From Methanobacteriota archaeon (GTDB lineage Archaea; Thermoplasmatota; Poseidoniia; Poseidoniales; Thalassarchaeaceae): a stretch of 64,000 nt of DNA. The notes beneath the pieces were generated by a model. The model was not told where the DNA came from and did not search any database. It saw only the letters and a program-made list of their open reading frames with translations. A program made the position numbers and the translations under genes. Position 1 is the first letter of the stretch, and every line of letters begins with the position of its first letter. Where the stretch lies: positions 53,298 through 117,297 of the forward strand of contig JAAZXW010000019.1 of NCBI GenBank assembly GCA_014239955.1. The letters are read 5' to 3'. Positions 45,192 to 55,954 of this stretch are shown here, piece after piece.

Positions 45192-47672
45192 GTGGGTGGG
45201 CCAAGAATTTCTGATAAGAGATGGAGCGTTGACCTTGAGAAGCGCATACAAGAGTCACACTTCTCAGAAGAATCATATCGCGAAAGATATAGTTTCGATC
45301 CTTGTAGCGAAAGAGAGATTTTCGTAATTGATACCCCTCCCCCATACCCTAGTGGGGCATGGCATATTGGTGCAGTGGCTCAGTACAGCATGATAGATGT
45401 CATAGCAAGAAGTCAGCGTTTACTGGGAAAGGAAGTCAGATTCCCGTGGGGGGTTGATCGCAATGGCATCAACATCGAGTTCACGGTCGAGAAGAAAACT
45501 GGAAAAAAGATGAGGACATTCGATAGGGCAGAGTTCTTGGACATTTGTTCCCAGACTATAGAAGAATACACACAAGCAATGCGTAAGACTGCAAAACGAG
45601 TGGGATTATCTTGCGACTATGATAATGAATACCTAACCGATTCGCCTGACTATCGTGCAGTTTCACAGTCAATATTTGTTGATTTATTCAAGAGTGGCGA
45701 TATTGTAGAGGATCTGAGACCAAATATCTACGATCCAGTGGAAGGCACCACAATTGCCGAAGCAGAGGTTCAGAGAATTCAACGCAGAACAAATTTATGT
45801 CAAGTGATTTGGACAACTGAAGATGGTGAGGACATTACCATTTCAACAACTAGACCAGAGATGATATGCGCATGTGGCGTCGTGATGGTTCACCCCGATG
45901 ATCCACGATACTCTCACTTAGTTGGGAAGAGGGTGAATCTCCCCTTGCCAGTCTCCGAAAGAGGGGGGAATGTCGAGGTTATGGCGCATCCATCTGTGAA
46001 GAAGGATTTTGGTAGCGGGATTCTGATGGTCTGTTCTTTTGGAGATCAGAATGACGTAGCAATATTCAGGGAACTAGGTTTAAGGCCATTCGTAGCAATT
46101 AATTTAGAAGGCGAAATGACTGAAATCTCGGGCCCACTTAGGGGGATGAAAGTCAGTGATGCAAGAATCGAGGCGACTAAACTACTGCAGGACTCTAACC
46201 GCTTGGAGTCCACCGAGGAAAGAAACCAGGAAATTCCAGTGAGTGAGAGGGGTGGAAACCCAATCGAAATCATTCTTCTCAAGGAATGGTATGTCAGGCA
46301 AACCCATGTCCTAGATAGACTAGTTGATCTATCCAAGAGTAGCCGATTCATTCCCGAGAGAAATAGGCAGTACCTTCATGATTGGGTTGATGGTATTTCC
46401 ATTGATTGGCCAATTAGTCGAAGGAGATGGTACCACACTGAGGTCCCAATATGGTACTCTGAAGATGGAACAAAGGTAATTGTTCCACCTAAAGGAGTAT
46501 ATGTCCAACCCTGGAGAGAGGGGCCCCCTCAGGGTTCTGAGGTAATTGAAAGGGAAACGAAGGATCATTTGGGTGAATTTTCTAAACTAGAAGAAAGTCT
46601 CGGGGAGATTTCTGGCGAAGAGAAAGTTTTCGATACGTGGATGGACTCGTCGAACTCCAACCTGTTTGTTTCAGGATATTTGAACCAACCAGATCTGTTC
46701 AATCGATCATTTCCCACATCTATTCGCCCCCAAGGCAAAGAAATTGTCAGAACTTGGTTGTACTATACTTTACTAAAGAGTGCCTTACTATTTGACAAAC
46801 CGGCATTCCAGAATATTTGGGTCGATGGACTTGGGATGGATCCATGGGGCAGGAAGATGTCAAAGTCTCTGGGCAATGGGATTGACGCAGATAGCGTTCT
46901 AGAATGTGGAGCTGGCGGGCGCACTGGCTCTTGGAAGCTCAAGGGGGCCGATGGAAAGCAAGTTACTCTCAAGGCAAATAAGATTGGTAGTGAATGCTTT
47001 CGCCTCTGGAAGGCGTGTGATGCACAAGTAGGAGATGACTTCCACATCAATCCAGAAGAAATTGAGACCAAGTATTACGGGGTACTAACGAAAATCTTCA
47101 ACATCGCTAGGTTTGCTAGCCAGTTCGATGCCCCAAAAAATCTTGAATCTCCGCCAGAACTGGAAATTGAAGACATCTGGATACTCGCTGAGTTCGACTC
47201 CACACTTTCTGACGTTCAGTCTGCATGGGTGGATATCGACATATACACTGCAGCACAGTCAATCAAGTCGTTTGGTACTGGGATTTTCCCAAGCCACTGG
47301 TTGGAGATGTCTAAATCGAGAATCTATGGTGAGGACAAATCGGCCATATGGACCCTACACAGGATTGTTCGGGATCTGATGAGTGCCTTCTCTCCGATAT
47401 GCCCTTTCTTCACACATTATCTCAGCACCACCCTATATGGCAGTAGCTCTGTCGATGTGAGGGACTTTCCACAATTACCACACTCATGTGGGGTCGAACG
47501 ATTCGATGAATTTCGTTCTCTAACCAATACTCTAGAGGAATTCAATTCAATGGTCTGGAAGGCAAAGAAGGATCTCGGAATATCTCTGAAATCTCCGATT
47601 TCTGGCATTGATATACCTGAGAAACTAGCACCCTTTGCTAGTGCCCTTACACAAATGCATAACTTGGAATGA
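45192..47672 (+). CDS. leuS: class I aminoacyl-tRNA synthetase, most likely bacterial-type leucyl-tRNA synthetase, with a divergent HIGH motif (HIGA)
   Basis: PPPYPSGAWHIGAVAQYSMIDVIARSQRLLGKEV..WGVD aligns with bacterial LeuRS [36 protein letters not shown]; CP1 editing signature TTRPEM...HPDDPRY; KMSKS present (GRKMSKSLGNGI); 826 aa like bacterial LeuRS; GTG start. Confidence 0.6.
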   Translation: MGGPRISDKRWSVDLEKRIQESHFSEESYRERYSFDPCSEREIFVIDTPPPYPSGAWHIGAVAQYSMIDVIARSQRLLGKEVRFPWGVDRNGINIEFTVEKKTGKKMRTFDRAEFLDICSQTIEEYTQAMRKTAKRVGLSCDYDNEYLTDSPDYRAVSQSIFVDLFKSGDIVEDLRPNIYDPVEGTTIAEAEVQRIQRRTNLCQVIWTTEDGEDITISTTRPEMICACGVVMVHPDDPRYSHLVGKRVNLPLPVSERGGNVEVMAHPSVKKDFGSGILMVCSFGDQNDVAIFRELGLRPFVAINLEGEMTEISGPLRGMKVSDARIEATKLLQDSNRLESTEERNQEIPVSERGGNPIEIILLKEWYVRQTHVLDRLVDLSKSSRFIPERNRQYLHDWVDGISIDWPISRRRWYHTEVPIWYSEDGTKVIVPPKGVYVQPWREGPPQGSEVIERETKDHLGEFSKLEESLGEISGEEKVFDTWMDSSNSNLFVSGYLNQPDLFNRSFPTSIRPQGKEIVRTWLYYTLLKSALLFDKPAFQNIWVDGLGMDPWGRKMSKSLGNGIDADSVLECGAGGRTGSWKLKGADGKQVTLKANKIGSECFRLWKACDAQVGDDFHINPEEIETKYYGVLTKIFNIARFASQFDAPKNLESPPELEIEDIWILAEFDSTLSDVQSAWVDIDIYTAAQSIKSFGTGIFPSHWLEMSKSRIYGEDKSAIWTLHRIVRDLMSAFSPICPFFTHYLSTTLYGSSSVDVRDFPQLPHSCGVERFDEFRSLTNTLEEFNSMVWKAKKDLGISLKSPISGIDIPEKLAPFASALTQMHNLE

Positions 47673-47688
47673 TGCTCATTATGCAAGG

Positions 47689-48657
47689 TTAGTTGAGTGA
47701 GGTACTAGTTTCACCGGTCTCGAAGAATTCGATCAGCAGTTTTGCCATCTCGATACCGATCCTGGATTGGGCTTCCAAAGTGGATGCGGCTATGTGAGGG
47801 GTTCCATGAAATGAATCGAAATCAAGAAGTGGGCTATCGCCCAGGGGTTCATTATCGAATACATCAAGTGCAAGGGTTCGCAGTTGACCGGTCTCCAATG
47901 CCTTCACAGCATCTTTTTCATCGACAATTCCGCCCCTTGCGCAGCTGACAATATGATTCCCACATTCTATGCCATCGGCCCCTATCCCAGGCATCAATGA
48001 TATCCTATCCAAATTTACTAAATTTCGAGTTTCATCTGTGAGGTTACAATGAACCGAAATATGAGTACAGTGACGAAAAATCTCATCCACATCATTGTGC
48101 ATTATGGCCTCACTATTTTCTCCACTAACGTATGGGTCGTATGCATGGACTTCCATTCCAAATGACCTCGCAGCCTGAGCTACCCCTCGTGAGATTCTTC
48201 CGAACCCGAGTAGGCCGAGTCTTTTACCGCCAATCTCCGAGCCCCTGAGTCTCTTCTTAGCCCAATCACCGGCACGAAGATTCCTGTCCGCAGTAGCGAT
48301 ATTCCTAGTTGAAGCAATTAGGTGGCCGATAGTCAATTCTACAACACTTCGAGTTGAAGCACCTGGTGTGTTACAAACAACAATTCCATATTTTGTAGCT
48401 TCATTGATATCTATGTTGTCCACTCCTACACCAGCCCTGCCAATGAAGCGAATGCCCCCTTCCGCAGTTAACGATGATGAAATCTGTTGGGCTGTAAGCT
48501 TTGTAGCACTTCGGATTACAACAGCATCAAACCGAGTAAGAGAACCGTTAGAAATCTCCTCTGGTTCATGATGCCTCACTTCGACTTCATAGCCTTCATT
48601 CTCGAGCATTGCGATCGCTTTGTGGGACAGGCCGTCCGTCACTGCTATGCGAGCCAT
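47689..48657 (-). CDS. D-isomer-specific 2-hydroxyacid dehydrogenase (D-3-phosphoglycerate dehydrogenase-like)
   Basis: NAD-binding [28 protein letters not shown], catalytic region, 322 aa. Confidence 0.75.
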   Translation of the reverse strand: MARIAVTDGLSHKAIAMLENEGYEVEVRHHEPEEISNGSLTRFDAVVIRSATKLTAQQISSSLTAEGGIRFIGRAGVGVDNIDINEATKYGIVVCNTPGASTRSVVELTIGHLIASTRNIATADRNLRAGDWAKKRLRGSEIGGKRLGLLGFGRISRGVAQAARSFGMEVHAYDPYVSGENSEAIMHNDVDEIFRHCTHISVHCNLTDETRNLVNLDRISLMPGIGADGIECGNHIVSCARGGIVDEKDAVKALETGQLRTLALDVFDNEPLGDSPLLDFDSFHGTPHIAASTLEAQSRIGIEMAKLLIEFFETGETSTSLN

Positions 48658-48747
48658 GATACAACCTGGGGAACGATGTGCATCAACATTGTGAGATTCG
48701 GTTCCGGTGGATTGATATCTACCACCCCTAATTCGATATTAGATACC

Positions 48748-49341
48748 ATGGGATTTGAATTGCCTGAACTTGAATATGATTATGACGCACTAGAACCGCA
48801 CATTGATGCAGAAACAATGGAGTTACACCATTCCAAGCATCATGCTGGATATACCTCCAAACTGAATGCAGCAATAGAAGGAACAGAATTGGATGGATTG
48901 GGCATTGAGGAACTTATGACTGGGCATTTCGATAATGCAGCAGTCAGAAATAACGGCGGGGGATACTGGAACCACGAGATGTTTTGGAAAACCATGGGCC
49001 CTAATGGTGGGGGAGAACCTAATGGCGACCTTGCAAATGCAATTACCGACACATTTGGATCATTTGATTCAATGAAAGAGCAATTTGCTAACGCTGCAAT
49101 GACTCGATTTGGTAGTGGTTGGGCATGGCTATGTGTAGCAAATGGCACATTATGCATTTGTTCTACGCCAAACCAGGATAATCCCCTGATGACCGGTGAA
49201 GGCATCCCAATTCTCGGTGTCGATGTATGGGAGCACGCTTACTACAAGAGCTACGGTCCCGGCAGAGCCAACTACATCCAAGCATGGTGGAACGTAGTGG
49301 ATTGGAATATGGTCGCTACGAATTATGAAGGTGCAATTTAG
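48748..49341 (+). CDS. sod: Fe/Mn superoxide dismutase
   Basis: HHSKHH, metal ligands and DVWEHAYY motif; start set to [17 protein letters not shown] (longer ORF would overlap the antisense dehydrogenase). Confidence 0.9.
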   Translation: MGFELPELEYDYDALEPHIDAETMELHHSKHHAGYTSKLNAAIEGTELDGLGIEELMTGHFDNAAVRNNGGGYWNHEMFWKTMGPNGGGEPNGDLANAITDTFGSFDSMKEQFANAAMTRFGSGWAWLCVANGTLCICSTPNQDNPLMTGEGIPILGVDVWEHAYYKSYGPGRANYIQAWWNVVDWNMVATNYEGAI

Positions 49342-49345
49342 CAAA

Positions 49346-49352
49346 TTTTTTT
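49346..49352 (+). terminator. oligo-T tract (T7) 5 nt after the sod stop codon, candidate archaeal terminator
   Basis: TAG-CAAA-TTTTTTT directly downstream of the CDS. Confidence 0.3.
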
Positions 49353-49398
49353 CGTATAAATACAATTTCATTATAGTGGCGAAACTGCACGCGAAGAC

Positions 49399-50472
49399 GT
49401 GACCGATGATTACGAGGCGTTGCTCACATCTGTTCTGATTCTCATTTCGCCAGTATTTTTTGCTCTTCCAGTATCTATAGCATGGAGATGGTGGGTTGGT
49501 ATCGAACCTGAGCACGAGCATTACAGGGAGAAAGTGCGTAGAGTATTGGATGCAGGGATGCCGCTAGTTCGATACAGGGGTGAGCTAGATTCCGAAGCTA
49601 GAAGGGTACACCTGTCATCAGAAAGGCAGGCTAGGATTGAGTCAGATCTGCTGCATAGACTAAGGGTTCAGCACTTCCTACTTTTCCCGAGTCTGATTCT
49701 ATGGCCATTAGTGGGCATTTTCGCAGCCATCATCAGTATACCAATGATGCCGTTCTTGAGACTAGTGGAGTGGATACTTATTGACAAGAGAGCGCTATCT
49801 GCTGTAGCAATAGTGATTCAGAAGTATACTCGCTGGGAGATAATTGGCATCCCCCGGTTGGATGACGGTTCGAAGCAGTTTGGAAAGGCACTAGCATCAA
49901 TTCATAGAATGCCGACTACTGTGTTTCTTGGTCTGTTCGCATATCTGATAGTTTCATACTCGCCTATGAGTTCTTTCCACGTGCTACTGCTGAGTGCTTT
50001 AGTTTACATCATATTAGTTTCAGCAATTTCTGTCATTAGAGCCGCAACTGAAAGCACACTTACATTCGCAGATCCCACTAATAGGAGGATAATCCCTATG
50101 GAGTCATATGTCGATGAGAAACTTGGCCCATGGGTAGGGGTGGGTCTGGTATTCCTACTATCTAGGCAATTGATGTATGGCTCAAAGATACGTACGGGCG
50201 AATTACTGATTGATCCGGTCCCATTTTCTATTAGCGTACTGCTAGTCCTTTACACTGCAACAATAATTGGGATAACCGTTGAGATTCTGTTCTTTAGGAA
50301 TAGGGGAAATGGAGTTAGAATGGCATTCCAAGAACAGATGGTTGAGGTTTTCAATCCAGATGTATATCTGTTCAATAGGAATATGGGTTCTCTAAGACTA
50401 ATTCCATTGATGCCACTTTCCGTCTGGCTAGAATCAGATGAGGATTATGATGCAATAGTCACGGATAACTGA
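49399..50472 (+). CDS. hypothetical polytopic membrane protein
   Basis: At least 7 hydrophobic segments; no recognisable motif; GTG start. Confidence 0.4.
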   Translation: MTDDYEALLTSVLILISPVFFALPVSIAWRWWVGIEPEHEHYREKVRRVLDAGMPLVRYRGELDSEARRVHLSSERQARIESDLLHRLRVQHFLLFPSLILWPLVGIFAAIISIPMMPFLRLVEWILIDKRALSAVAIVIQKYTRWEIIGIPRLDDGSKQFGKALASIHRMPTTVFLGLFAYLIVSYSPMSSFHVLLLSALVYIILVSAISVIRAATESTLTFADPTNRRIIPMESYVDEKLGPWVGVGLVFLLSRQLMYGSKIRTGELLIDPVPFSISVLLVLYTATIIGITVEILFFRNRGNGVRMAFQEQMVEVFNPDVYLFNRNMGSLRLIPLMPLSVWLESDEDYDAIVTDN

Positions 50473-51367
50473 GTAGCTCCATTGAGAAGTTGCCCCCATC
50501 AATTTGTACAACTTCTGTTGACGATTCCCCTAGTCGTATCATTGCAAGTGCATGGGTGATTCCATCTATGGAAATTGAAGAGCTAACGGAAATTGAACCG
50601 AAATCAGTAATGGGATGCTTGCCAATCTCAAGAGGGGAGCTCCCAGTGAGCCTACAAAAATTCTTGATAGTCCTGCCTCGGCTCTCTATTCTTGCGTGTA
50701 CTTCTTGGCCCGGATAGCATCCCTTATCGTTGCTGACAAGGGTACCCATTCCCATTTCTTCCGGAAGATTACCCAATGCATCATTTATGGTAGGGTCGCC
50801 AATCATAATTCTGCATATTTCCCATCTTTCGGAGTCCATTTCCTCATAGTCTAATCCACTAAGAAGTGATTTGATAGAATTTACATTGTCCGATTTTACA
50901 AGAATATCGAGTCGGTCACAAAATGTTGATTCTCGCTTAACGAAAAGATGGTCGCCCGACTCAATTAACTGGTTGGCTTCTGCGGCATGGTAATTTATTC
51001 CAAATTCGGAGAGCTTCTCATGGGAATCGTTAGAGAATATGGATATTCGGAAAATTGCATTATCGGCAATCAAAATTTCGCAATCTTCATCCCATGAAGT
51101 TCCATCTACCAATGTTCTGCGTGTGATCTCGTGCTGTGCAGCAGAAGAAATAAGGAGGACTTTTCCAGAAATGGCATATACCGTCCCATAGTCACATATT
51201 CGACCATTATAATCGCAGAATAGCGCATCCCTACAGGCCAAATTTGACATGTCTAATATTTTGGTTGATACCATTCTGTCTAGAACGTTGAGAGAATCGA
51301 CCCCCTGGATCAAGGTAACAGCATCAGATCGGACATAATATTCCGATCGTGGGTTTGAAAGTGACAA
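50459..51367 (-). CDS. YgfZ/GcvT-like folate-binding protein (Fe-S cluster repair/tRNA modification family)
   Basis: Conserved KGCYPGQE motif diagnostic of the YgfZ family; GcvT-like fold length. Confidence 0.65.
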   Translation of the reverse strand: MSLSNPRSEYYVRSDAVTLIQGVDSLNVLDRMVSTKILDMSNLACRDALFCDYNGRICDYGTVYAISGKVLLISSAAQHEITRRTLVDGTSWDEDCEILIADNAIFRISIFSNDSHEKLSEFGINYHAAEANQLIESGDHLFVKRESTFCDRLDILVKSDNVNSIKSLLSGLDYEEMDSERWEICRIMIGDPTINDALGNLPEEMGMGTLVSNDKGCYPGQEVHARIESRGRTIKNFCRLTGSSPLEIGKHPITDFGSISVSSSISIDGITHALAMIRLGESSTEVVQIDGGNFSMELLSYP

Positions 51368-51376
51368 AAAACGACC

Positions 51377-51808
51377 TCAGCCGAATGACTGCCCACATCC
51401 ACAGGATCGATCTGCATTGGGGTTCCCTATTTGGAATCCACCCCCCATTAGAGTTTCCTTGAAATCAATATTTATCCCATTCAACATTGAGCTATCCTTG
51501 TTGTGTACTAAGACATCAAAATCGCCTATATCGATTCGCTGAAATCCATCATCGCCAGGATCCTCAATGATTTTCATATCATAAAGATAGCCTGAGCAGC
51601 CACCCGATTGAGCACTAATAACCAATACATGAGATTCTCCGTCTCCGGACATGTTTTGTCGAAGTGCTCCTATTGCTGCTTCGGTAAAGTTGAGTTTGAC
51701 GTTTACTACTTCAGTTTCGGTGACTACGGGGAGGGAAAAACCTTCACCACCTAGTATGCCCATGAATTGCTGTTGAAATGGTTCTATTTCAACGGTTCCT
51801 ATAATCAC
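51377..51808 (-). CDS. iscA: A-type Fe-S cluster carrier (IscA/SufA/ErpA family)
   Basis: SGGCSG...DRSCGCGQSF C-terminal cysteine motif (C-x-n-C-G-C-G-x-S-F). Confidence 0.75.
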   Translation of the reverse strand: MIIGTVEIEPFQQQFMGILGGEGFSLPVVTETEVVNVKLNFTEAAIGALRQNMSGDGESHVLVISAQSGGCSGYLYDMKIIEDPGDDGFQRIDIGDFDVLVHNKDSSMLNGINIDFKETLMGGGFQIGNPNADRSCGCGQSFG

Positions 51809-51846
51809 TCGTCACACATATCAATCATACCCCATCTCCAGAGGTC

Positions 51847-52650
51847 ATGGAGGGACTTGAATCGCGAGAAATTGCTAAGTTGACCTACGAAGGCATAGCA
51901 AGGGGAACTGACTGTGTTGCATGTGAAAGACCTCTATCAATAATTATCGAAAATCAATTACACGGTAGACACGAACTTGGAATTACAATGAGGACAGGGG
52001 GTCATGACAGGCTACTAGTTCTAGGTTTCATTTACTCTGAAGGAATTATTTCTTCTATAGATGATGTTTCTAAAATTGAAATTGACAATGATCACGCAAT
52101 AATCGAATTATACAAAAACGCAAATTTTGACCCAAAGAAGCATTGTAGGAACAGTACAGTGACATCGTCATGTGGGATTTGCGGGAGGTCAAGTTTTGAA
52201 GATGGCATTTTGGAAGGGGCTAATGAATTGGATGAACGAATGATGATTAGTTTAGATGCCATAGTAAATTGTATAGAGTCGGTTACTCGAAAGCAGTTAA
52301 TATTCTCACAAACAGGAGGATCCCATGCGTGTGCTAGTTTCACCGGTAATGGAGCCATTGAGAGGGTGTTCGAGGATGTCGGAAGGCACAATGCATTTGA
52401 CAAATTGGTGGGGTCGTATATTGATGAGGGACGTATTCCGAATGTTGGATTGGGGGCATTTGTCTCTGGCAGGGCCTCATATGAGCTCGTTCAGAAATCT
52501 ATTCGTGCAGGATTTCAAATAATGATTGCAATCGGTGCCCCCAGTAGCCTTGCCGTTGACTTGGCCAAAGAACATGGGATGACATTAGGTTGTTTTGCGA
52601 AGGGTGATTCTATTACATTATTTAGTGGAGTTAGGAGAATCCTGCAATAG
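51847..52650 (+). CDS. fdhD: FdhD-family sulfurtransferase (formate dehydrogenase/molybdoenzyme accessory protein)
   Basis: SSCGICG cysteine loop and GGSHACASF...EDVGRHNAFDKLVG core motifs of FdhD. Confidence 0.75.
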   Translation: MEGLESREIAKLTYEGIARGTDCVACERPLSIIIENQLHGRHELGITMRTGGHDRLLVLGFIYSEGIISSIDDVSKIEIDNDHAIIELYKNANFDPKKHCRNSTVTSSCGICGRSSFEDGILEGANELDERMMISLDAIVNCIESVTRKQLIFSQTGGSHACASFTGNGAIERVFEDVGRHNAFDKLVGSYIDEGRIPNVGLGAFVSGRASYELVQKSIRAGFQIMIAIGAPSSLAVDLAKEHGMTLGCFAKGDSITLFSGVRRILQ

Positions 52651-53592
52651 TTTGGATGAGTGAGGATTTCTATATCTCCTTTCCTTCATGTCATTATGAT
52701 ATTTCATCCCCAAATTGGCACCATTGCTAGCAACCCATTCGGAAAACTTGATTGAACCTAGTGGTTTTTCGTCAGTAGTCATAAGGCCTCGCATCAAGCC
52801 TTTAATCTCGGCCTTGGTTATGACTATGTCTTGAAGGAAGATGCCCACAATCTTTCCTACGAGCAAACCAATAAATGGTGGGACAGGAATTATCATTCTA
52901 CGAACCCCTAATGACTTAGCTAGTAATCTAACATAGTCCCTGTACAAGAAAGTCTCAGGCCCTGCAACATCCAATACAATATCCCCAGTAGATTCGCCCT
53001 GGTTAACTGCAACCCTTGCTATATCTGCAATATGGATAGGTTGGATAGGGTAATTCCCCATTCCGAAAACGCCGAAAATTGGAAACTTACGTATCAGCCA
53101 TGCCATGTTGTTAATCAGTACGTCTCTTTCACCACCAAAGAAAACAGTGGGCCTCAGTATTGCATACGATAGTGTTGAGTCTGTTAGAATTCCCTCAACC
53201 TCAACCTTTCCTCTGAAATATGACCAATCAGGTGCCCTATGAGGATGGGCCACGGAAAAATGTACGACCCGTTTGACACCGGCTTCCTCGGCAGCGAGAA
53301 ATAATTTACGAGTGTTCTCAACCGCTAAATCATGTGCATAGCCACCTTTCCGGTTCTTGTAACGTACCCAGTATGTGTTGTATAGAACCTCTGCACCCTT
53401 CAAGGACGATACAAGAGAGTCATGATCAGAGAAATCAATTGGCAAGACTTCGACTCTTCCCATAAACGGGTCTTCCCTACCAATAGCATTGGTGAGTGTC
53501 CTGACCTTTTTACCTCTAGATACTAGCTCCTTCGCAATCCATCTTCCTGAATACCCAAACGCACCGGTCACTACGTGAAACCCTTCTTTCAC
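52618..53592 (-). CDS. NAD(P)-binding extended-SDR / NAD-dependent epimerase-dehydratase family protein
   Basis: N-terminal VVTGAFGYSGRWIAKELVSRG Rossmann motif, about 320 aa. Confidence 0.6.
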   Translation of the reverse strand: MKEGFHVVTGAFGYSGRWIAKELVSRGKKVRTLTNAIGREDPFMGRVEVLPIDFSDHDSLVSSLKGAEVLYNTYWVRYKNRKGGYAHDLAVENTRKLFLAAEEAGVKRVVHFSVAHPHRAPDWSYFRGKVEVEGILTDSTLSYAILRPTVFFGGERDVLINNMAWLIRKFPIFGVFGMGNYPIQPIHIADIARVAVNQGESTGDIVLDVAGPETFLYRDYVRLLAKSLGVRRMIIPVPPFIGLLVGKIVGIFLQDIVITKAEIKGLMRGLMTTDEKPLGSIKFSEWVASNGANLGMKYHNDMKERRYRNPHSSKLLQDSPNSTK

Positions 53593-53665
53593 GCCCTCTG
53601 AGACTAGGGGAAAGACATTATCTTACCCTCAGTACTTTGAAATGTGCGACGCATAAATTTGGTTT

Positions 53666-55954
53666 GTGCGAGTAACTCCGGAAGCAACCACTCCTCTTGA
53701 GGAGAATCAACCGATAAAAGGCGCGCCGAGTAAGTCGGCTGCGGGTTTGCCCGCGATAATTTCGACCGTCAAACACGGAGTCTCCAAAATGGGTATTTTT
53801 GCAAGCCTTTCCAATTTTTCTAGAGTCAATAAATTCTATGGATTTGACTGCCCTGGCTGTGCATGGCCAGATCCAGACTCAAAAAGGACATTCGCCGAGT
53901 TCTGCGAGAATGGTGCGAAAGCCATTGCAGATGAGGCTACTAAGAAAAGAGCGGACCCTACTTTTTGGTCCAAATGGAGTGTGTCCGAATTGTCCAAGAA
54001 GCCTGATCATTGGCTTAACAGTCAAGGACGTTTGACGCACCCACTTGTACTGAAGGAGGATTCTGAATACTACGAGCAACTGTCATGGGATGAGGCGTTC
54101 AACACAATCGCTATCGAGTTATCAAAGCTAAATTCCCCAAATGAGGCTATTTTCTACACATCTGGGAGGACTAGCAATGAAGCGGCATTCCTATGGCAAT
54201 TACTTGCAAGGAGTTTTGGAACAAACAATTTGCCTGATTGCTCAAACATGTGTCATGAATCATCTGGTGTTGCATTATCACAGAGTATTGGGATTGGCAA
54301 GGGTACGGTAAAACTTGAGGATTTTGATAAGGCTGATCTAATCATTGTCGTTGGACAAAATCCTGGAACGAATCACCCTCGTATGCTTACAGCTCTGAGG
54401 GATGCAAAACGTTCCGGAGCATCGGTCATTAGCATAAATCCACTAAAGGAAACAGGAATGGTTAGATTCAAACACCCTCAAAATCCACTAGAGGTCTTAG
54501 GCCGTGGAACATCAATATCAGACGAGCATATTAGAGTCCGAGTTAACGGGGATCAGGCGCTATTCAGGGGTTTTTCTAAGACGATAATTTCCAATAATTA
54601 TGAAGACGAAGATTTCATTGGAAGGCATACTTACGGTTATGAAAAATATCGCACTGAGGTATTGGGAAGTTCATTGTCAGAGATATCGGAGATTAGTGGG
54701 GTTGAGAAATCAGAAATTATACGGATTGGGGAGCTGATTGGCAAGTCTAGATCAACTATCTGTTGCTGGGCCATGGGCCTAACCCAGCACAAGAACTCCG
54801 TTGCTACAATACAAGAGATTACGAATATGCTTCTGCTTGGGGGCCATATGGGCAGGGATGGAGCTGGAGTTTGCCCAGTTAGAGGCCACTCAAACGTCCA
54901 AGGAGACAGGACCGTTGGGATTAACCATAATCCATCGATGGAATTTCTGGAATCACTAAATCTTGAGTTTGGAATTGAACCTGTAAGTAAGAAGGGTTTG
55001 GATGCAGTTGAATCAGTGAGAGAGATGAGAGAGGGGGGGGCTCAAGTATTTGTTTCGATGGGGGGCAACTTCCTTTCGGCAATGTCAGACACAAATTCTA
55101 CAGCGGAGGCTTTGCAGAATTGTAGCTTGACAGTACAAATCTCTACAAAGCCAAATAGATCCCACCTAATTTCAGGTAAGATGGGGATCATCCTTCCTTG
55201 TCTGGGCAGAACGGAAAGAGACGAAACCGCGGGCCATTCGCAGTTTGTCACAGTGGAGAACTCGATGGGCGTGGTTCACAGATCCACAGGGAATAGGAAA
55301 CCAGCCAGCCCTCACCTATTATCGGAATGCAACATTGTAGCTGGGTTGGCAATGGCAATCGAGGAACAAAGAGGTTCAACGGGCATCCCTTGGAATAGTC
55401 TAATTGGAGATTATGATAATATTCGAGATAGTATCGAGAGGACAATTCCGGGATTCGAGTCATTCAATATTAGGTGTAGAAATGATGGAGGATTCTACTT
55501 GCCAAATCCTCCACGTGACGATCGAGAATTCAATACCGAATCTGGGTTGGCCAATTTCATTACCCACAAATTACAACCAATTTTCGTAGATGAAGACAAG
55601 TTTCTAATGATGACAATTAGGTCTCATGATCAGTACAATACGACAATATACAGCACCAATGATAGATACAGAGGGATTTCAGGCAATAGGAGGGTCGTCC
55701 TAATGAGTCGGATAGATATCGACTCTCGTGGATGGGAAGAATTTCAGAATGTCACTATTACCTCGCATTTTCAGGGAAGGGAGATTTCCTCTCGTGCTTG
55801 GTCTGTCGTTGAATATGATATCCCCCCCGGAAACGTTGCTACATATTTTCCGGAATCCAACGTCCTCATACCACTTGATAGCGTTGCAGATATCAGTAAT
55901 ACTCCGACTAGCAAGTCTGTTGTCGTCTCAATAATCCCTACATTAGTTTCGTGA
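53666..55954 (+). CDS. molybdopterin oxidoreductase of the YdeP/FdhF-like (MopB) family
   Basis: N-terminal [32 protein letters not shown] nearly identical in pattern to E. coli YdeP ([31 protein letters not shown]); about 760 aa; adjacent fdhD. True start uncertain (GTG 53666 vs ATG 53789; TATA-like ATAAATTT at 53652). Confidence 0.65.
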   Translation: [762 protein letters not shown]

